Source: an uncultured virus (IMG/VR IMGVR_UViG_3300030376_003962) (lineage: Duplodnaviria; Heunggongvirae; Uroviricota; Caudoviricetes). Taken from it: DNA of 64,000 nucleotides. This document shows positions 35,922 to 44,422 of this stretch, piece by piece. The DNA lies in the IMG/VR virus record IMGVR_UViG_3300030376_003962, one strand, 5' to 3'. Made by a program: the position numbers and the translations under genes. The notes beneath the pieces are model-generated. The model was not told the origin of the DNA. It ran no database searches and saw nothing but the letters and a program-made list of their open reading frames with translations. The stretch's first letter is position 1. Each line of letters opens with the position of its first letter.

Positions 35922-36207
35922 GAGAGTTAACGAATGGGGGTTCATCGATGCATTCATGAAGATAAGACCGGACAACTTCACCCGTTCCGGCCTTCAGGCA
36001 CTTTACGACCACTTCATTGCATTAGAGGCCGAGATAGGCGAACAGATGGAACTTGATGTTATAGCGATATGTTGCGATTTTGCGCAGTACAAAGACTTCA
36101 ACGAGTTGAATGAGGAATATGACAACGTATACGACGACCTTGAAGACCTTAGAGGCTTTACGCAGGTTATTGAGTTTGATGATGGAATCATCATTCAGGC
36201 TTTTTAA
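35896..36207 (+). CDS. Acidic early protein
   Basis: FIDAF...DNF...GLQALYD...ELDVIAICCDF; acidic C-terminus. Confidence 0.65.
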   Translation: MKKVKRVFERVNEWGFIDAFMKIRPDNFTRSGLQALYDHFIALEAEIGEQMELDVIAICCDFAQYKDFNELNEEYDNVYDDLEDLRGFTQVIEFDDGIIIQAF

Positions 36208-36299
36208 CGCCCTTCGGGGCAACTGTGTACAAAGTTAGTTACCATATGGTGGTAGAACTTTTGTCACTATTACCTCATATACTGAGGTAGTCTAGGAAT

Positions 36300-36720
36300 A
36301 GTGTTGAGAGACGTAACTCTCAATGCGATGACTGAATAATGCCGTTATTAGGGCATAAGGTACTACAAGTGGCTCTGTGGTGGAGTAGCGAGTCGGTGTG
36401 ATAAAGCACTGGCAGTACAATGAGGGTAACTCCTTACTTGTAGGTGCAATCGGGTTAATCCTAGCCATGCAGGAAAACTGATACCCATTGATTGTTGGAT
36501 GACGCTGGAAACAGTGATGAAACCTCGCACCCCTTCACACTCCACCCCCTAGGGGAATAAATGGTGATGATGGACAAACAGTGCGTTCGACATGCGGCTA
36601 TGTGCAGCAGCGTTATCAGTCTTAGATGAAGCCGGACTAGTCTGAGCAATAAATCGGGTATGAATCCTTAACCATGCAACCCTGTCACTGTCCTGAATCA
36701 TCTTCTATGAGGTGGCTATT
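36300..36720 (+). ncRNA. Putative structured non-coding RNA
   Basis: No + strand ORF of 60 aa or more; preceded by the promoter box; several hairpins and a duplicated internal motif. Confidence 0.45.
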
Positions 36721-36804
36721 TACAAAGTCTGCCACCATATGGTAGGGAAACTTTCGTGAGTCGCAGACGCCCTACCTCATATACCGATGAATAAATGGAT
36801 GTTC

Positions 36805-37002
36805 ATGGAATCGGAAGCGATACTAAACAAGCAATACCAGTATGAAGTAGAAGTCGGACACGCAAAGCAAGGCTCAGACCATGTTTTGATAATCAAGTCC
36901 CTCAAAGTCCGTGATGACAATCTAGCGGATGTCATTGCTCAACTAAACGTGGCACTTGATTCAGTCAAGGAGATATTCGTTGAAGGGGGATACGCAGAAT
37001 GA
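36805..37002 (+). CDS. Hypothetical early protein
   Basis: ATG 27 nt after a CATATACCG box. Confidence 0.55.
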   Translation: MESEAILNKQYQYEVEVGHAKQGSDHVLIIKSLKVRDDNLADVIAQLNVALDSVKEIFVEGGYAE

Positions 37003-37184
37003 GTGAAAGTAAGTACCTAACAGGAAAGGACTACACTTGGCTATGTGATAAGTGTCAAAATGCAATAGACATGGCATATACGTTGATTATTGACGGTCTA
37101 GCCAGTGACATATATGCTGATGACAGTGAAGGGCCATGCATGTTAGCCTACGATAAGAGGTTATTCGGAAGGTGTTGCCAATGA
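36999..37184 (+). CDS. Hypothetical protein
   Basis: Coupled ORF, CDKC. Confidence 0.45.
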   Translation: MSESKYLTGKDYTWLCDKCQNAIDMAYTLIIDGLASDIYADDSEGPCMLAYDKRLFGRCCQ

Positions 37185-37921
37185 TTCAGAGACACATCAG
37201 AACAGTAGAGATATCATATCCGTTCGGATTCGATAGCAGTGAGAAGCAGTTGCTCAACCTTGAGTTAGAGAAGTACAACATCATCAACGTAGACAAGTGG
37301 GATACTGAATTACCATCCTATGAGACTCAGACCATTACAGAGACCATCGAGGAATATACGGTTATCATGTACAACGGTGAGTTAGTATTCAACTATCTTT
37401 CCGACGCTAAATCAGTCATAAGGCAACTATTGGCACAAGGGTTGGAAGTCAACGAGGAACCCGCTCGCAAAATGGTCTCTACTGAGAAAGAGATTGACCC
37501 ACGATGGCGTGGAAGTACCATCCTCTTCTTGGATGCGCCGTATCATTTCGGTGCTTATTCCAGCAAGTTCCACATCCTTGCAGAGAATGATGCCGGGGAG
37601 CCGAGTGTGACTCTTAGCGTTGACTTCACCGCGTTCTCCTACACCTCCACCCTGACTTTTGTTGCGGAGTGGACAACCGATAGGGTTCAGAAGTCCGATG
37701 TTATTGAGCGACACCTCGTTGATATGCCTACACCGCTTATGGGTAAGATACAGTCAATCTTCGAGAACGTTTTCAACTCAGAGGTATTCGCTAAGAATAC
37801 AGAACACTCAATCATTTCTTGTAAGTTTGATGTAGTGTCAAAGCATTCATCTGAGTGCAAACCCTCAGTCATCGAAATGCTGAAAGAAGCAAAGGAAAAA
37901 GCCTCTTTGGAAGAAGAGTGA
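37181..37921 (+). CDS. Hypothetical protein
   Basis: 246-aa ORF. Confidence 0.65.
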   Translation: MIQRHIRTVEISYPFGFDSSEKQLLNLELEKYNIINVDKWDTELPSYETQTITETIEEYTVIMYNGELVFNYLSDAKSVIRQLLAQGLEVNEEPARKMVSTEKEIDPRWRGSTILFLDAPYHFGAYSSKFHILAENDAGEPSVTLSVDFTAFSYTSTLTFVAEWTTDRVQKSDVIERHLVDMPTPLMGKIQSIFENVFNSEVFAKNTEHSIISCKFDVVSKHSSECKPSVIEMLKEAKEKASLEEE

Positions 37922-38502
37922 ACATAACAGTTCCTGAGCAGGAATTAAAACTGCTCTTTCACTAATATCCTAGTTTCGAGCGAGGTACTGTCGCTATGCT
38001 CAACAAAGTATCAGTACCATATGGGTGTAAGAATGCTAGATTGGCATATTTTTCTAGGTTTATATATTGTCGAGGGAGTCAATCCTCCAACCATATGCCA
38101 AATTTTTTTCTGTTGTTAATTTTATTTCTCTGAAGTTATATTCATCTGCTGACAGATTATCGGTTATTTTTGCTGGCAACTGCTGTTTCATGTTAAATTA
38201 AACACTGTGAAAAAGGATTTACACGATAAAAAGAACATTATAAAATCGGCCCATACACAATCAATTAAACGATACAGCATACAGATAGACAACGCTTTCT
38301 GAATGCACAACTGATGGATTTCAAACTCTTATCTTGGGAATGGAAGGAAAAGGCGGGAAAAACTTTTGCTAGTGGCGAAAAAATTCCAGCCCATTTTTTG
38401 AAAAAGTAAGGTAGACCAATATATTGCTACCCGATTTAACGCATGGAATTGGTTCGGCCAACTTAGCAATTTTAATTAACGTGGGTGTTGGGTAAGGGAA
38501 CC

Positions 38503-39057
38503 GTGTCTAACTGGACCGAGGTTCTCAAGAAGGTTCCCGCATTTGGTATGCGGGCTAATGAGGCGTCGATAAATCAGAAGATAGAGCAGTTTCAAGAGAA
38601 GCAGATAACCCCGTTCATTGCGAACCTAATGAGCAATCTAAAAATGAACCAACTTCCGGTGTTCAAGTTGAGGGTTGACAACAATGCTGCTAACAGTGGG
38701 CCTCAAGGAGACAAGTTTGTTATTGGTCGAGACCAAATCAGACAATTGGGCGGAGATGTGAATAGAATCAATGCGAAGTTGAAGCAACTGTTCATTGATG
38801 CAAAATATCAGGTGGAAGGCTCTATGATGGGCAAGGACATGACTGTTGGAATTCCTAGGATTGCTATGAGTCCTACTGGAAAGATTATGACTGACCCAAG
38901 ACGATATGCAGCCATGCAAGGACGAAGAGGCTTCATGGGCAAACTTAGGAGAGGCGGAAGAAGAATCAATCCAATGACTAGATTCAAGGATGACAGAGCA
39001 AGGGATTTCTCTCTAGATAATCCCAATGACCCAAGAGTACGAGGGGAGATTAATTAA
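38503..39057 (+). CDS. Hypothetical late protein with SNWTEVLKK leader
   Basis: First gene of the head module; GTG start. Confidence 0.6.
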   Translation: MSNWTEVLKKVPAFGMRANEASINQKIEQFQEKQITPFIANLMSNLKMNQLPVFKLRVDNNAANSGPQGDKFVIGRDQIRQLGGDVNRINAKLKQLFIDAKYQVEGSMMGKDMTVGIPRIAMSPTGKIMTDPRRYAAMQGRRGFMGKLRRGGRRINPMTRFKDDRARDFSLDNPNDPRVRGEIN

Positions 39058-39135
39058 ACTCCCATGCGTTAATCGTGAACCAAACGATTTTAGAACAACG
39101 TTTATTGTCCTCTGTTTATTCAGGGGAATCAGGTT

Positions 39136-39333
39136 GTGTCATCAGTATCCGAATCATCTTGGTTTAATTTACTGCGAAGTGCTGGCGCAGTTACCACAAC
39201 CTCCGGCGGAACAGCGAATTTATTCAATATGAGTTACGGGGGGAAGAAGCGTGGTAAAAAGAAGAAAAAAGCCCGTAAAGAAGAAGACTCAGACAGTCGA
39301 GTTAGCACCGGGATTGGAAGGAGAATTAGTTGA
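39136..39333 (+). CDS. Small basic protein with SWFNLLRS motif
   Basis: 65 aa, Lys-rich tail. Confidence 0.45.
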   Translation: MSSVSESSWFNLLRSAGAVTTTSGGTANLFNMSYGGKKRGKKKKKARKEEDSDSRVSTGIGRRIS

Positions 39334-40345
39334 GGGCCAAAGTGCGGTTCCTGATTTTTCAGAACTCTATGCTTCATGGGAAGCAGAGGCGAAAGGCTTC
39401 ACTTTGAGCATGGGAAGAACTTCGACTAACATCTTGGAATTCATCAAGAACATGGGTGTGAAGGGAAGAGCGAAAGCGGATGGTGGTTCAGCATCGAAGG
39501 TCGCACCTACGCAGCAGTATCTAGATAAGGCCAAGAGTGCTGGTGCTGAAGACCACTATTCCGATGAGCAGATAGAGGCAGTAAAGTCATTGAAGTCCTA
39601 TCTTGGTGCGAACAACTCTCCTACTTCTAAAATCAATCCTGCTAACATCAAGTTCAACGGCATCGCTGATTTCGACAGCAAGGGAAGGATAACTGAGAAA
39701 GTTCCAGTGTTTGGTGATTTTAGAACTCCGATGTATGCGAAGTATCGAAGGAGACACAAGGGAGAATCCGTCAAAGTAGCAAATTCAGATTGGTATGCAA
39801 TAGGTGAGGATGGAGCAGGGAAGGCAAAACCCCCTGTTTGGCAAGCGTTGTTTGGTAATGGAGATTTACAATTCAAGCATCCTAGTCTCTTGATGATGTG
39901 TGACATGGTTCTTGATGCGTTTGAAAAGGGCATTAAGATACGCAACACTAGAGAAAAGCCGTTCGACTTGACTATCAGGAATCCGAAGATGAGGGGAGAG
40001 GCGGCAAAGTGGGTTTATGAGAACATCCCTACATTCAAGAATTGGTTCGATAGTAAAATCAACAACTCTGCCTACCATTATAGCACAGGAAATGTGAATA
40101 CCAAGAAATTGCAGAGAGAAATCCTGAATACTAAACTTCCATTGAAAGATGATGAATCTAAGAAAATACAATCATGGCTACAAACTGACCTCAAGGTGGA
40201 CTTAGAGGAAGTCTACCTGAAGATTTCAGTAAGGCAACTTAACAACATGGTAGAAATCGCTGGTTTCAAGAATAAGAAAACAGAAAAGAAGATAGAAAAG
40301 CAAGATTTTTCAGATTGGAGAATGATTATTAAAACGGTGAGATAA
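39251..40345 (+). CDS. Hypothetical virion-associated protein
   Basis: 364 aa, ends SDWRMIIK. Confidence 0.65.
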   Translation: MVKRRKKPVKKKTQTVELAPGLEGELVEGQSAVPDFSELYASWEAEAKGFTLSMGRTSTNILEFIKNMGVKGRAKADGGSASKVAPTQQYLDKAKSAGAEDHYSDEQIEAVKSLKSYLGANNSPTSKINPANIKFNGIADFDSKGRITEKVPVFGDFRTPMYAKYRRRHKGESVKVANSDWYAIGEDGAGKAKPPVWQALFGNGDLQFKHPSLLMMCDMVLDAFEKGIKIRNTREKPFDLTIRNPKMRGEAAKWVYENIPTFKNWFDSKINNSAYHYSTGNVNTKKLQREILNTKLPLKDDESKKIQSWLQTDLKVDLEEVYLKISVRQLNNMVEIAGFKNKKTEKKIEKQDFSDWRMIIKTVR

Positions 40346-40438
40346 AATGGGATGCAGAGGAATGATAGAAGTGGGTTCGGATAACATGGCAGTTGGCAGT
40401 TGTTGTCCGTATTGCTACACGAATTGTAGGTGAAGAAG

Positions 40439-40981
40439 ATGAGTTGGAGAAAAATATTGAAGAAAGAAATAGATTTTAAAGAATTATCAGAGGAAGTTGA
40501 GCAGTTTCAGTTGGAGGACTTTAATGCGGTTAAGCATGAAGATTTTATAGAATTCTACGATAAAATCGGTAAAGATGGCAGAGACTCAAAAGAACTAAGA
40601 GAAACTTTAGATGAAAGTGAAAAGAAATACCTCGACAAGCACATTGAGGCAGTATTTCAAGGAATACAACAGTATAACAATTCTCTATATTACCTCGGAG
40701 AAGCACTGGGGGATATTGGGGATGGAAAGGAAAAGAGCGAAAAGGACCCAGTTCCTCAACTTCAGTACGGTAACAAGAACGCAAAGGCAGTTGAAGCAAT
40801 GTCATCCTTTCAAGACCAATATTATGAAAACCCATATTCTGACCCGGAGGAAAATAGAGAGTTAAGTGCTTTCATAGCAGGAGTAAGCAGAGGTGAGTCT
40901 GTGACAGAATTAGAGAAAGAGTACCCCGGAGCATACATAGTCTTCGATAGTGCTGGATTATTGAACGAGGTGGAGGAATGA
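40439..40981 (+). CDS. MSW-leader acidic protein
   Basis: MSWRKILKK. Confidence 0.65.
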   Translation: MSWRKILKKEIDFKELSEEVEQFQLEDFNAVKHEDFIEFYDKIGKDGRDSKELRETLDESEKKYLDKHIEAVFQGIQQYNNSLYYLGEALGDIGDGKEKSEKDPVPQLQYGNKNAKAVEAMSSFQDQYYENPYSDPEENRELSAFIAGVSRGESVTELEKEYPGAYIVFDSAGLLNEVEE

Positions 40982-41163
40982 GTTGGGTAGATATTCTGAA
41001 AGAAGAGATGACTGAGGAAGAGAGAAAGAAGTACATGAAGAGGTTGGCAGAGATGCAGCGGGCAGAGGAAAACATCAAGCGAGATGTAGAAGGAACCGCT
41101 GAAGCATTCAAAGATGGAGAATCTTTTTCACAGTACATGAAGAGAATGGGATATAACTTCTAG
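40978..41163 (+). CDS. MSW-leader small protein
   Basis: MSWVDILKE. Confidence 0.6.
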   Translation: MSWVDILKEEMTEEERKKYMKRLAEMQRAEENIKRDVEGTAEAFKDGESFSQYMKRMGYNF

Positions 41164-41171
41164 GTGAGGAT

Positions 41172-41828
41172 ATGATTACTAGAAAGCGTTGTCCTCTGTG
41201 TATGCATGAGGATAGGAGTCAACTTGAGGCTGATTTGGAAGCCATGAGTTACACAGCAGACGCTCTCGACCAGCAAATGGGATGGCAAAGTGGAACAACA
41301 GCCCGTCATCAGAGGAATCACATGGGAGCATATGTCGAATCTGCAAATCCTAGTTGCAAATTATGCACAAGTCCGATGAGAGCGGAGATAGAAGCGCAAC
41401 TTCACGCTGCTGAAGTCACTCCAACTGCTGTAGCGGAGATGCTTGGGTGTTCTGAGGTGCAAGTTGTGCGTCATATCGACAAGCATCTCAAGCCAGTCGT
41501 GCAACAATCGGCTGCGAACCTGATTGCAACGAGGGAAGTTGATGAAATCGAGACTTTGAGCGTGAATGTTCAGAGATTGGAGCAAAAAATTGATACACTT
41601 TTCGCTGAAGACTCAACAGACCCGAAATATATCGACTCATTGACCAAATTAGCGAAGGAAGTTCGTGAGTCGTTGAAGTATTTGCTAGAATTCAAGGGCA
41701 AATTGGTGCATAAGAGGCAAGACACTATCATCGTTCATCAGATGCAGGTAATCAAGGAAGTTCTAGCGCAGAACCATCCCGATGTCTGGGTTGATGTGAG
41801 AAGCAAACTACAGGAGAAGATGCAATGA
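41172..41828 (+). CDS. Putative terminase small subunit / DNA-binding protein (tandem CxxC-HTH-HxxxH)
   Basis: Two repeats CPLC...RHQRNH and CKLC...RHIDKH plus a coiled coil; upstream of terL in the head module. Confidence 0.5.
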   Translation: MITRKRCPLCMHEDRSQLEADLEAMSYTADALDQQMGWQSGTTARHQRNHMGAYVESANPSCKLCTSPMRAEIEAQLHAAEVTPTAVAEMLGCSEVQVVRHIDKHLKPVVQQSAANLIATREVDEIETLSVNVQRLEQKIDTLFAEDSTDPKYIDSLTKLAKEVRESLKYLLEFKGKLVHKRQDTIIVHQMQVIKEVLAQNHPDVWVDVRSKLQEKMQ

Positions 41829-42121
41829 GTTGGATGGCGGTTCTTAAGCAAGAAGACCTTGAAGTTTTTTGGAATTCAAAAGATGGAAAGGCAGGTGCAG
41901 AAGTTTTCTATGCAGGTTATTGGGGAATTTTGTCTTTTCATCATGATGGAGAAGAAAGAAAGGGATTGGGAGAAAAATACCTAAGAGAACTGGTTGAACA
42001 CTTGCTTTCAATAAAGGATGCAGACATAGAGGCCGATGGAACTTTACCCGATGTAGATGGATTTTGGAATAAAATGCTAGAGAAAGATATTATTGATTCA
42101 ATTAGAAGAAGAGGACAATAG
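41825..42121 (+). CDS. MSW-leader GNAT-like acetyltransferase
   Basis: MSWMAVLKQ; ERKGLGEKYL (motif A) and GFWNKM. Confidence 0.55.
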   Translation: MSWMAVLKQEDLEVFWNSKDGKAGAEVFYAGYWGILSFHHDGEERKGLGEKYLRELVEHLLSIKDADIEADGTLPDVDGFWNKMLEKDIIDSIRRRGQ

Positions 42122-42132
42122 GAGAAGATGCA

Positions 42133-42423
42133 ATGAGTTGGAAAGAAGAGATAAAGAAAAGGTTGAAGGAGTTACCTAGTCAAACAGTTGGTAAGGACTT
42201 GGATAATTTGGTTGGGCTAGAAGGTAGTTTAGTTCAATTAATGCAAGAGATACGTGAATTTTTCCCTGAAGCAGATGATGTAAAAATCGTATACGATTCT
42301 TCTTCCCGACCAGTCATAGGGTTTAATCTCCCTATCTTTGTCACATCCTCGTTTGGGTCGAAGGAGTTCCCTAGCAATACTGAAGTGTTTACAATTAAAC
42401 ATGTGCAGATTGGTGAGAAGTGA
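42133..42423 (+). CDS. MSW-leader protein
   Basis: MSWKEEIKK. Confidence 0.6.
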   Translation: MSWKEEIKKRLKELPSQTVGKDLDNLVGLEGSLVQLMQEIREFFPEADDVKIVYDSSSRPVIGFNLPIFVTSSFGSKEFPSNTEVFTIKHVQIGEK

Positions 42424-42428
42424 TTGAG

Positions 42429-42599
42429 ATGAGTTGGGAAAATCAAATCAAAAAATATGATGCTACGGCAGAAATCGAAAGAGCATTAGGCATTGTTCGC
42501 AAATTAAGAAAACACTACAATATCAAAACTGAGCATACAGAGGGCTTAGAGTCTTTACTCGTAGAGATATTAAACGAACTTCAGGAAAAACCACAGTGA
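42429..42599 (+). CDS. MSW-leader 56-aa protein
   Basis: Hand translation MSWENQIKKYDATAEIERALGIVRKL... Confidence 0.55.
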   Translation: MSWENQIKKYDATAEIERALGIVRKLRKHYNIKTEHTEGLESLLVEILNELQEKPQ

Positions 42600-42610
42600 G
42601 TTTGATTCAG

Positions 42611-44422
42611 ATGAGTTGGTTTCAAGTTCTGAAGGAGAATGACGCTCCTGAACCAGTTGGTAAAGAGCAGGAGAAAAAACCTGTTGACTACACGACTAGC
42701 AGGAACTTCGCTACTGGGAGGCTGACGAAAATATGGCAAGCGTCTTTCGATGATGAGAGTTGGAACAAGTTTCTAGAGGAAAACTTAGAAGATGGGAAAT
42801 TAAAACCTGATGTCAAACGCAGTGTATTGGCTGCTAGAAAATTGCTCGCAGGAGAAGTGGTGAATCTTAGTGGAACAAAATATAATTTGAACAATCCATT
42901 TGGTGCGAAGAAAGACGCAATGTTGGAGAGACTGAATACTGTGACTCTACGAGGAACAAAGACCAGTAACATTCGTGAGTCCATGTTATCTGATGTGGAT
43001 AAGATAATTCAAGATGGGGAATATCAGAAACTACTTGAGATGCTACAAGTAGAAAAAACTCGCAGCCGGATTCGTAAATACATTGATGGGAAGAAAGAAC
43101 TCTCCGGTAAGATTCTAATGGACTCTGAAACAGAGCATCCTGAATTGGTAGAGATACGAAAACTCCTGAGATTAGCAACTGTCAGCAGGAGAAAGATAGG
43201 CAGTAGTATCGATGAGGCAACTGTAATCAAATACATTAAACTCGTAACTGCTGCAAGGGCTGGTGCAACTCTGAAGGTTGAGGCTATCAGTAGCAGACAT
43301 AGAAATTCACAAAATGCCAAAGCACTTTTCGGCAGGAAACTGCTACCTGCTTTAGATTACATATTGGAGAACGAGAGTTTGGACACAAGCAGAATACCGA
43401 CCAGTTATCAGAAGAGGTCTGCTTTGGAGAACAACGCATTAACTAGACTACTATCAGGAAAGGGACTTCAACGGAGTCCTCGTTTGAAAACCATCTACAA
43501 CAAGGAAGGCGGCAAAGCATACAAGAATGACATAGAGAATTATTATGGCCCTGATAAAAAGGAACAGAGAATCGCTGGATATGGTAGTGCTGGAAATCCA
43601 AATGTACCTGAAGGTGAGAGAGATGAGAAATCGACAGTGGGACAGAATTGGGACAACTCACGAAGAAGAGCAGGAGTAGCCTTGCGTGGATTCTTCAATG
43701 AAGTTAAAAACACGCAGGGAGCAAATGAAGAACTGATGAATCTGCTTGGTGGAGATACCAAGAGTTCCATGACTCCTGAGATTCGAGACAAGATAATCGC
43801 TGCTTTGTCCGAAGAAGACGAAGATGAGATTCCGGCTATGTTCAATGACGCTATTGACGATATGGGAATCAATGACAGATTCAGTTCCATACGAGAGATA
43901 GAGAGCAAGGTCGGAGAACTTCCTGACGACGATGACCCCGGAGATTTAGTTACAGCATTAAGGAGAATGAGAGAAGAAGGTGGAAAGTTAACTCCGAGGG
44001 ACACGGACATGCGAACTCTCAAATTCTTCCTTGAGGAAGAGGTAGATACATGGTCTATCTTGGATTCTGTCTTGGATGACGATGTAAGCACATTCGACAC
44101 ACAGGGGAAGAAGGGTGGTACTCTGAACAACATCATAATCGCATTGCGAACATTAGGTAGGATGTTCAGCAATAAAGACCTAGACCCAGAAGATATTCAA
44201 GATGGGGAGATGACCGCAGAGGATTTCAAGCAGAAGTTGACAGATGACTATTCGACTATCAGAGAGGATTTCATTAGAGCAGTAGAGGCAAACATGAAAG
44301 AACTCAGTGACAAGGGAAGGGCGTTGAACTTCTCCATGCCAATACAAGCAGGGTCAAAATATGGTGATAAGAAGGTCGAGCCTGTTCTTTGGATACAGTA
44401 TGCTACGGGGGTATTAGAGTGA
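42611..44422 (+). CDS. Large MSW-leader protein (putative internal virion protein)
   Basis: MSWFQVLKE; ~603 aa. Confidence 0.7.
   Translation: MSWFQVLKENDAPEPVGKEQEKKPVDYTTSRNFATGRLTKIWQASFDDESWNKFLEENLEDGKLKPDVKRSVLAARKLLAGEVVNLSGTKYNLNNPFGAKKDAMLERLNTVTLRGTKTSNIRESMLSDVDKIIQDGEYQKLLEMLQVEKTRSRIRKYIDGKKELSGKILMDSETEHPELVEIRKLLRLATVSRRKIGSSIDEATVIKYIKLVTAARAGATLKVEAISSRHRNSQNAKALFGRKLLPALDYILENESLDTSRIPTSYQKRSALENNALTRLLSGKGLQRSPRLKTIYNKEGGKAYKNDIENYYGPDKKEQRIAGYGSAGNPNVPEGERDEKSTVGQNWDNSRRRAGVALRGFFNEVKNTQGANEELMNLLGGDTKSSMTPEIRDKIIAALSEEDEDEIPAMFNDAIDDMGINDRFSSIREIESKVGELPDDDDPGDLVTALRRMREEGGKLTPRDTDMRTLKFFLEEEVDTWSILDSVLDDDVSTFDTQGKKGGTLNNIIIALRTLGRMFSNKDLDPEDIQDGEMTAEDFKQKLTDDYSTIREDFIRAVEANMKELSDKGRALNFSMPIQAGSKYGDKKVEPVLWIQYATGVLE

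Larger units (their letters stand above)
33198..38025. repeat. Dispersed palindromic repeat ACCATATGGT (8 copies), often with ACAAAGT...ACTTT arms
   Basis: Cores at 33198, 34382, 34506, 34794, 35598, 36241, 36734 and 38016 (last copy ACCATATGGG); all intergenic. Confidence 0.85.

Noticed and set aside
36440..36680. tRNA genes suggested by GGGT..AATCC T-loop-like motifs
   Set aside because: I could not build a cloverleaf and saw no tRNA in the window.
33198..38025. CRISPR array from the ACCATATGGT repeats
   Set aside because: Spacing is irregular (124-1282 bp), whole genes lie between copies and only a 10-bp core is near-identical.
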